Positions 24,845 through 33,735 of a stretch of 64,000 nt of DNA are shown here, one piece after another. The stretch's first letter is position 1, and every line of letters begins with the position of its first letter. A program made the translations under genes and the position numbers. This stretch comes from Azolla caroliniana (lineage: Eukaryota; Plantae; Polypodiophyta). The stretch is from assembly GCA_043228905.1 (NCBI GenBank), contig JBHGNT010000003.1:23250001-23314000 (forward strand), given 5' to 3'. The notes below the pieces were generated by a model that saw nothing but the letters and a program-made list of their open reading frames with translations, ran no database searches and was not told where the DNA came from.

Positions 24845-25981
24845 TCATGGGCCTCGTACCCATTGACCCTCTTCGATCATCCTTCTCTCTTCGTCACATG
24901 TACTCTTTTCGACCTTCGGCTCCTCGCCGACACCTTCCGTCTCTTGGGTCTCACGTTGGTTCTTTGACGCAACTGCCCAAGTCTCCGGAACATGTGTGGA
25001 GAAAATCCGGTCATGATCGTTGTCGACGCTTATTGTCTTATTCATACCCACCTCCTCGATGTTGATTTTAGTGGCGAGATCCTTCATCATGTCGATCTCA
25101 CACTCTTTATCTCCCTTGATGCAAGCTTTGATTTGGCTTGCTCCATCATCCATTGTTCCGAACACGATGCATGTTCCGAAACATTTTTCCTCCTTTGAAA
25201 TGGCCGTCATTGTCCTCGAGTTACCATCAATCTTCTTTTCATTTAGGTTGTTTTGTTTAGACAGCTCGACTTCTTTAGATGGTCTTGTTTTCTCTATGAT
25301 CGGCCTTACCAAGTCAATACCATCAAGCCATTGATGACGCCTGTTGATCTTGTTGCATGCTTGCTTCATTGCAACCCAGTCCGCCACAAGCCCATTCGCT
25401 TGGGCATCATCTTCGAGGAGAGTCCCCAATTCTTGTCTATCTTTCATATCCACAACTTTCAGGAAGTACAAAGTTTTGTCCTCCTCAAGCATCACTTGGT
25501 CCATGGCAGGGAGACGACTAAACATATGGTCGAACTCATCGTACACCCTTGAGGCGCTCATCTTCTTATTTTTCTTCTCTATCCACTTCATCAACGCATG
25601 TCGAGTCATCCTCGACAAATCTTCCATTGCGAACTCTAACCACGTTGTCTTGCCTTCTTGAAGCTCGATGTTGCATCTTTGGATGTTGTTCGCAACAACT
25701 CTCCTGAAGCTTGCGATTTGACGTGCTTCGGACACGTCCCTTTAATTCATCTCCCTTCTGTATGCATCAAGGAACTTCGTAATGTTCCTTCTGTCAAATT
25801 GACCCTCGAGCTCAACGACACGGTCGACAGCCTTCTCCACGCTCGCATCGTTGTCTCGAGATCTCATCATTTGTTTGACGATCAGCATCATCCTTTCGAA
25901 CTCTCCCGCTTGATTGCTTGAGGATACTATCTCCAAGTATCGGTTGATCCTCGATTTGATCCTTCCTGCTGCCTCTTTCAC
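24845..25981 (-). pseudogene. gag remnant
   Basis: GQFDRRNITKFLDAYRREMN*...TWLEF...DKTLYFLKVVD...LGTLLED...GLVADW, interrupted by a stop at 25742; position just after the PBS. Confidence 0.65.
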
Positions 25982-25994
25982 GTCGGATTCACCA
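25977..25994 (-). promoter_or_regulatory. Primer-binding site matching tRNA-Trp
   Basis: Plus strand TTCACGTCGGATTCACCA versus the plant cytosolic tRNA-Trp 3' end as I recall it (TTCACGTCGGGTTCACCA), 17/18 match. Confidence 0.7.
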
Positions 25995-26597
25995 CTTAAT
26001 TATGTCATGAAAATCCGACACTATCTGCAGATCGTGAGGCGAAACCGCCGAGGTTCTGGACCAGAAGGATTCGAAGTTTGGACTAGCTTTAGCGAGAAAG
26101 TATTTAAGATAGATTGAAAGAGAGAGAGATTGAGATAAGATAGAACACTTGACTTTAGATTGAGAGAGATTAAGATTGAACTCTTGACTTTAGATTTGAA
26201 GAACAAGATTGATACATCAATTGGATAACGAATTTCTTACTTTTAATTTCTTGATTAATACATCGATCCACACATAGACACAAGGAGAATAGCTTTTGTT
26301 ATGCCTTATATATGGTGAGATCCTTATTTGTCCTGTGTATGTGGGATATCTCACAGTTTTATCTTTCTCTTTTCCTTTGCAAACTTCCTACCCACATAAC
26401 TTGAGACTTAGATGTTTGTTTTTTATGTAGTAAAGTGCATTCGAAAGCTCTTGAAGACCTCCATCTTTTTGTACTAAGATATTAAACTTATTTAAAATAG
26501 CATTTTCACTATTATTATTTTAAATGATTCATACTCGATTTCGTATGTTTTATGCGATTTTCACACCATTGCCGAAAATCTTCACGACACCGTGACA

Positions 26598-26940
26598 CAC
26601 AACTCAATGCATTGATTAGCATTGCCAGTGGCATAAATTCCTACCAACTATATCAAAACCTCAAAGTACTTGACTTTCATCACCAAAAAGCTTCCATATG
26701 GATCATTGTAGACTATATGTAGACAGAACAAATCATGAATAGACCTCGATAATGATGTGATAATTGACCTACATAATATGTGTAATATCCACACAAATGT
26801 AACACAAATCCTGCCAAATCATGACACTTGTGTTCAACTAAACATAAAACATCACATTCCTTATCAAATAAAGTTTCCCATAATATATATTTCTTATGAG
26901 GAGAAAATGCCCCTCGGACATTCCATGATACCACTTTCAT
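26598..26940 (-). pseudogene. LINE (L1-like) ORF2 endonuclease N-terminus
   Basis: MKVVSWNVRG...DVLCLVEHK, the SWNVRG / LCLQE signature of APE endonucleases. Confidence 0.8.
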
Positions 26941-27535
26941 TAAACACCTTTAGTAAGATCTTGCTTTTTATAACCAAGTGTATATGTAAATGTACTAATT
27001 GCTTGTTCAAGAGTTGCATACGGATTTGTGTGTACTAAATCCCATCCACCACTCATAGAGTTTTGGTGTCAAGCCCCACGAGTACGACGTTCTTGATTAA
27101 ATTGAGGTCGCACCACCCTTCCTAAATAATTGAGTTGTAACTAATTAGATCATCTCTGATTTTGCACTTGTTTCTGCCAAGGATTTTTCTTAAAGCCTTA
27201 ATTCATTCTCAAATTATCTTTTGGTAATGCCTTAACATTAGTAACTTTTGTGTCCCTTTGCATGGCAACACCCTTCCCTTTTATCTTATGCTTCACTTGA
27301 TGCTACTCTTGATCTTCAACATTTGGTTCTACATTAGTACGTTGTTGTGAAGTTGAGGCTTCATGATATTGAAACCAAGGCAGGAATTTGACAAGTGTCA
27401 TGCCTGTCAAAGGCCATTTTGCCCGTCAAAAACACACACCCAATAAAAATGTCCGTCAAGTGACACATAAACTTGTTGGGATTTCGGTCCCTCCGGATGG
27501 GATGTCCGGAGATGAATGACGGCAAGCCCGGTTGC

Positions 27536-27790
27536 GGTTACGGAACCGGATGATGAAGAGTACCCGGCATGAAGCCGGATAAAGAGTACCCGGATACGGA
27601 GCCGGATGATGAAGACCCCGGTTACGGAGCCGGATGATGAAGACCCCGGTTACGGAGCCGGATGCTGAAGACCCCGGTTACGGAGCCGGATGATGAAGAC
27701 CCCGGTTACGGAGCCGGATGATGAAGACCCCGGTTACGGAGCCGGATGCTGAAGACCCCGGTTACGGAGCCGGATGACGAATGTACCCGG
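27536..27790. repeat. 28-bp minisatellite in Copia U3 (~9 copies)
   Basis: GCCGGATGATGAAGACCCCGGTTACGGA repeated. Confidence 0.9.
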
Positions 27791-28277
27791 AGAGAGATCC
27801 GGATGCGGGGACATATTTGTGAATATGTTTGCCAAGAGCCCTTGAGGCTATATTTGTAAATAGCCCAAAAGTCATATGTGTATAAATATGACTTAGGGCA
27901 AACAGTTTTATGTTGTTGTTGCTCATTTTCTGTTTTCCACGAAGAGGGAGCGAAGTGAGAGCAGCCGAGAGAGTGTGAGAGACGAAGAGGTCGTTGCCTC
28001 AGTGTATTACCGCCGCCTGTGGCGAAGACTGTGAGCTCAAGGTTGTTGCCTTGTAGCTTCATCATTGTACATCTCTGCATATAGTGATAGTTGGAGTTTG
28101 AGGACTCCCGTGGTTTTTCCCACTTAGGGTTTTCCACGTAAAATATCCTGTGTACTCTTCTCCCCATTATCTTCGTGTATTTTGTAATTCCTGTTTTCTG
28201 AAAGTTAATCCTATTTCTCGGTTGTGGCCGAGCACTGCGTATAACAAATTGGTATCAGAGCGACGGTAACACAGAAA

Positions 28278-29840
28278 ATGGAAGGCGGCGGTAGTGGGCC
28301 TCCTGGCATGATGGTGTTGAACTCACAGAACTACGCCGACTGGAAGATAAAGATGGAAGACCTTCTCATCGTCCGAGACCTATACGAACCGATCGACAAT
28401 GCCGAGATACCCAAGGGGGTAATAGAGTCGGAGTGGAAGCTCCTGAACCGGAAAGCCGTAGCGACGATCCGGCAATATGTCGATGTAAGTGTCCTGCAAC
28501 ATGTGGCGAACGATACGAACGCCTATGAGATGTGGAAGAAGCTGTCGGGCCTCTATGAGAGGAAGAATGCGTTGAACCGGACCTCCCTGATGAGGAAGAT
28601 AGTGAACCTCAAGTACCGGGACGGCGAGAGTATGGTGGAACACGTAAGCACGTTCATGGGATTCGTGAACCAGCTTGCGGCGATCAAGTTCCCGTTGGAG
28701 GATGCAATGCAAGCCATCATCCTGATGTGTACATTGCCGGACAGCTGGGAGAACTTGGTGGTGACTCTCAGCACCTCCTGCACCGAAGATAACTTGTCCC
28801 TACAAACGGTAAAGACAAGTATTTTGAACGAAGAAGCGCGTCGGAGAGATAAAGAACCGGTTTCTGATCAGAAGATGCTGCTTACCGAATCGGATCGGGG
28901 AAGACAATGGAACCGGAGTCCGCAAAGACGGGAGAAGTCGGGGACCCGGTCGCAGTCAAGAGGAAGGCCAACATGCTTCCACTGTGGGAAGCCGGGGCAC
29001 TTCCGGAAGAATTGTCGGCACTACCGAAAGGACAACGGAGCCGACGACACCGATTCGAAGAAGTCACCGGAGAGAAACGGTGCATACCGGGGAGCCACGG
29101 ACCGGAGAGGTCCGGATCGGCGAGGGCAGGACCGGAAAGGAACGACGGCACTTGCGGCAAGTGAAGAAGAGATAATGCTTATTACCGAAGAGAAGGAGCT
29201 GAACCTTGCCGGTGTAGAGATGACCTGGGTGGTCGATTCCGGAGCGTCGTTCCACCTGACCCCGGAGAAGAAATACTTCTCATCCTACACAGCCGGTGAG
29301 CACGGCTGTGTCCGGATGGGAAATGAAGGCACATGCCGGATTGCCGGCATAGGAGACGTGTGGCTGTTGACATCAACCGGATGCAAGATGCTGTTGAAGG
29401 ATGTGCGACACGTTCCGGAGGTCCGATTGAACCTGATCTCGGCCGGGAGGCTAGATGATGAAGGCTACACGGGTAGCATCCGGAACGGTGTCATGAAGTT
29501 CAGCAAGGGGAGCCTGATAGTGGCTCGGGCCCGGAAGGTCAACACCCTGTACCTGATGAATTCCCGGCTATGTCCGAGGAGCTGAACGTGGCAGCCGACA
29601 CTGCCGGTGAGCTGTGGCACAAGAGACTGTGCCACATGAGTGAGAAGGGATGAAGAGGCTTGCAGAAGACAACCTCATTCCAGTGAAGCATGTGCATCTG
29701 GAGAAGTGCACCGATTGCCTGGCCGGTAAGCAGAACCGAACCTCCTTCCACTCAAGGCCACCGACGAGACGTAGCGCACCATTGGAGTTGGTGCACACTG
29801 ATGTGTGTCAGGTAGAAACGAAGTCACATGGCGGAGCCAG
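28278..29840 (+). CDS. Copia gag-pol polyprotein (gag, zinc knuckle, protease, start of integrase), two 1-nt frameshifts, truncated
   Basis: LNSQNYADWKIKMEDLL, TLPDSWE, CFHCGKPGHFRKNC, WVVDSGASFH, VRHVPEVRLNLIS, LWHKRLCH, CTDCLAGKQ, PLELVHTDVC. Confidence 0.88.
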
Positions 29841-29887
29841 TGTTACACGCAGTGCTCGGCCACAACCGAGAAATAGGATTAACTTTC
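29841..29887 (-). mobile_element. Inverted 3' end of a same-family LTR joined into the integrase
   Basis: Reverse complement of 28200-28246 with one mismatch; runs into the gap. Confidence 0.85.
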
Positions 29888-29987
29888 NNNNNNNNNNNNN
29901 NNNNNNNNNNNNNNNNNNNNNNNNNNNNNNNNNNNNNNNNNNNNNNNNNNNNNNNNNNNNNNNNNNNNNNNNNNNNNNNNNNNNNNN
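29888..29987. other. Assembly gap (100 N)
   Basis: Run of N. Confidence 0.99.
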
Positions 29988-29989
29988 AC

Positions 29990-30026
<37 letters not shown>

Positions 30027-30711
30027 GTATGTCTATGTGTGAATGCAGATATGCAAAGAGGAGATGTTACTCCAAAAAGGCTGATAAAAAGAGGCATAGA
30101 CAGAAAATGCACAGAGGGAAAAACTGAGAGAAAGACAGAGAAAACAGAGTGCGTTATAGAGAAAAACTGCACATGAGTGAACAGAACTAAGGCTGGAAAA
30201 TAGAGATTCGAGAGAAGAGGTGTGTGAGAAAAACACAAGAAAGCTTCTGCAAGAAAACATAAACAAGTGTGAGAGCTCAAGAACAGGGTGATCGAGAGCG
30301 AGAACTCGTTGCAAGTGTAAAGACGGAGATCTAGCAAGGTGTTGTCTGACTACCCAAAAGAGTCACAACAACTCTTCTGTCCATTTGTAACAGGTTTATT
30401 TGTTCTGTGTTTTGGTTTTTTTTGTTGTTTATCCTATCTGGAGGGTGAATATTGTATCCAAGGTGGTCGCCTTGAAATATAACTACATATCTCTAGAGTA
30501 AGCTCTAGAGGCTGTCAACACCTTTGTATACTCGGAAAATAGTGAATTTGTTTCGAAACCTAAGGTTCCCGTGGTTTTTCCCATTTTGGGTTTTTCACGT
30601 TAAATCTCGGTGTACTCTCTCATTTTCATCTTGTGGTTTCATCTATTATTTATCAAGTGTTAATTGTGTTTGAAATTTTAATCATCCTGATTCCGCTCCA
30701 TATTCCCAACA
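29988..30711 (+). mobile_element. 3' part of another Copia-type LTR
   Basis: CCCGTGGTTTTTCCCA...GGGTTTTTCACGT motif at ~30568; ends CCCAACA. Confidence 0.6.
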
Positions 30712-31398
30712 AGTACTGAATATGGGAAACATCAAACTCATCATTGTGTGAGTATGGCTAGCTTGGAAAATAACGACGAATATCATATAGATAATGGGCA
30801 CAAAACAATTGATATCCAGAATGTGAATACTGAAGTTATTGGAAACGATGATTGGATGGGTCTTGGAATCTCGTCTAAATATAGTAATAGAAAAGATTGT
30901 TGCCAATCATGAAGAAATCCTAAGGATACATGATAAGTTGGATGAAGTACGCAATGCGCTTAAATGTACGAGGGACGATGTTGCCTCTTTGTCAGAGGCT
31001 CTAAAAGAGAGACTAGAGAGAGCCCTTCCATATGTTAATGATTTGGTTTGGATATTGACTACAGCTGCTAAGCTCGGCATTAACTCTGTGATTCCCATTG
31101 TAGATGTTTTCGATACCAAATCATTCGCTCACCCAATTGAAAATTGCCAAAAGAGCACACTATTCTGACAACATCATCAAGCATCACCTCTCATGTCCAA
31201 CCAACAATATTGCAATCTTCTGAACAATGGCAAAAATGATTGGGATCGATATTGAGGGACAAGTACGAGGGTGCCACAAACAAAATCATATACGATAAGT
31301 TCCTTCTCAGGCGTGCCACCTACAAGGAAACAGACGGTAATATTCGAGTCGCATGGCTATGTGACAAAGACTATGAGGACGCACACCATTCCCGCTAG
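30712..31398 (+). pseudogene. C-terminal fragment of a third TRN1-like Roco paralog
   Basis: EKIVANHEEILRIHDKLDE, ALPYVN...LTTAAKLGIN, then in another frame SSEQWQK*LGSIL...KFLLRRATY...VAWLCDKDY, matching the C-termini of the two intact genes. Internal deletion, frameshift and stop. Confidence 0.88.
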
Positions 31399-31654
31399 AT
31401 TGAATTTTGTCCTGCCCACAGAGATTTCAGAAAAAAAGTGTCTAATATTTGCTCAAATGTTTTAATTGCTAATTTCTATGTAATTCTTGACTAAACACAC
31501 ATGCATGCATGCTTATGTATGTATATAAACAATAATAAAGAGATCACTATTTTTGTACTTTAAATGGCGGAAGGTTTTTCTTCCTAATTTACTGATGCCT
31601 CTTGTTAAGCCTTTGTTGTCTATCATGCATTCTTTGGTGTCATGTATTGAGCAA

Positions 31655-31778
31655 TGTGTCATGCACATATTTTGTTTATTTTAGGATCTATATATGTTAT
31701 ATTCATAGAATTAGTGTGTCATGCGCATATTTTGTTTATTTTAGGATCTGTATATGTTATATTCATAGAATTTGTGTG
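31655..31778. repeat. 60-bp tandem duplication
   Basis: TGTGTCATGC.CATATTTTGTTTATTTTAGGATCT.TATATGTTATATTCATAGAATT x2. Confidence 0.9.
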
Positions 31779-32609
31779 ATGTACAATGAAGGTGGGGTTT
31801 TGCATTAGGTCATTGGTTTTTATATCATCTCCTTAATGTTTTTGTTAAGCTTGTGCTAATTCTATAGAAATTAGCATAAGTTAGAAACTTAAAATAAGCT
31901 TAGCTGAATTCTTCCATAACATCATACCAAATGCATGAGATAAAGACACACATTAACCACGTAGACCAAAGGTTTTTTAAAATATGATATCTTTATTTAG
32001 TATTCAAATCAATCAAATAATAGTATGGTGTACTTGGAAGAAAATCAAATAATAATTTTCTTCTAAGCTCACTATTGTTTTAATATATATTTTCAAGTGG
32101 TTGATCATCACATTGTTGCGATGACGCATGTGCATGTGTTACTCAAGCGGGACCCTTGGGAACCTGAACTAAGGAGGCTATGATGTTGTCGGAGAGGACT
32201 TTTAAACCCCTTCGTGGGTTGTCTCCAGTAATTTTTCCCTCTTTTGTTTTGTGTAATAGCATTGTAACGATCAAAGATTTAATTCAACTTGGGGTAAGAC
32301 TCAAACCGAAGATAGCTTAGGCTTGAGTCAAGGAAAGTTGTTTGTTATTATATTATTGTTTTCGTATGTTTATACATATTTTTTTGGTTGTCTCCTCTTT
32401 CCCTTTTTCTCAATATTCTACCTTTATACCCGCCACATCACAACAATGCTAACAAGCAGATCATCCTTGACACCAAGATATCATCATCCTATTGGTCAAG
32501 AAATTACCACACACACCTTTACATTCAGCAATAATGATTGGATTCTAGTCCAAGTAATTAGATATTAACAAGAATATATGTTTACTTGCATAAGATATTT
32601 CAAAGCACC

Positions 32610-32712
32610 ACAATATTCTCCTCACATTGTACGTTGATGATCTCGTGTTGACAAGCAACACTAACGTCTATATAGATATGATCAAGTAGAGGCTAATGTT
32701 CTTGTTCAAGAT
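32610..32712 (+). pseudogene. Tiny Copia RT remnant
   Basis: Translates as ILLTLYVDDLVLTSN...MIK*RL. Confidence 0.55.
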
Positions 32713-33735
32713 TTATATTGTCCAAGGGGTGTGTGTGTGTGTGTAGCATTAGCTTTTAAATGATAAATCCAGGATATTTGTATTCTTAGATAATTGTGTT
32801 AGAATCTATAATTCCTTTTTTCAAAATTAATATTGCCAAAGGGCACAAGTTGTACTTTTATGCCATGTAGCAAATGAATCTACTTCAATGAGGCAAATTT
32901 TACTTTATCCAGGTATATATATATATATATATATATTGGTTGTGCATGGCTATAATCTAGCAAAGCTGGATGCCAATAGCATTGATACCCTTGTTTATTT
33001 CACTTTGCCGGCACACACAAGCGCAACACGCCCAAAGTTGAGGCCTACAAATTCTATTATTCAACGAGGAAGAAGATGATACTGAACCAAGATGTGGAAT
33101 TCAATGAATGTCAAGAATCTAGATATTGAGGATGGGAGATCAGATCTGAGACATCAAAAGGAAGATACAACATGAATCTTGATGGTTCCTAGTTGTTTCC
33201 TAAAGTAAGAAATCACATGTAGCCATTCCTAATTCATATCTATTGTTAAAATCAGTGTGATACATATCCATTCTTAACAAACTCAATGACGATGTCTATT
33301 TTACTTAATTTGGAGAGAGTTTCTATACAATAAGTAAGGGTGTGATTTAAGTAACATAAATGCAAAGACGTAGTAGAAACAAACTATGCAATCTATGATC
33401 ATCCCATGTTGTTAGGTAAACAATGAATGCTTCACACAAATGCATGTATGCTAGGATGATATCTATGTGATGTGATCCAAAAATACCATGTCTAATGACC
33501 ATGACACTAAAGGATACATTGGCTTTTTGTTTGGAAAACAAAAGATGAATTCTGTAAGTTATACATGATAGAAGGATAACAAGTCTGCACTACCATTTTA
33601 GAGTAATGAATGTGTAGGAGGTTTGGAATACAACTGTAGAGCAGGCATTTGGAACCAATGCAAGAAATTTTGAGGTCTATAGGAACTCCGAATCCGAGGG
33701 AACGAAACAACGATTATTAGCGAAGAGGATGTAAT

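Larger units (their letters stand above)
23207..26589 (-). mobile_element. gag-only (TR-GAG-like) non-autonomous LTR retrotransposon
   Basis: LTRs 23207-23758 and 26003-26589 (TGTCGTGAAG...CTTCACGACA); 4-bp TSD CCGT (23203-23206 and 26590-26593); PPT GGTGGGGGTGGA next to 23758; no pol motifs. Confidence 0.9.
19351..26597 (+). mobile_element. Non-coding LTR element (LARD/TRIM-like) inserted in the LINE
   Basis: LTR copies at 19351-19839 and 22719-23206 + 26594-26597; right LTR has the 10-bp terminal IR TGTCACGGAC...GTCCGTGACA; PPT AAGAAGGAGGATAA before 22719; interior is low-complexity and tandem repeats with no gag/pol motif. Confidence 0.8.
27474..29840 (+). mobile_element. Ty1/copia LTR retrotransposon, 5' half
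   Basis: LTR 27474-28246 (TGTTGGG...TAACA), PBS TGGTATCAGAGC at 28250-28261, then gag-protease-integrase order. Confidence 0.93.

Noticed and set aside
27474-30711. One complete Copia spanning the gap
   Set aside because: The LTR after the gap differs from 27474-28246 and the flanks (AAACT versus AGTAC) do not match.
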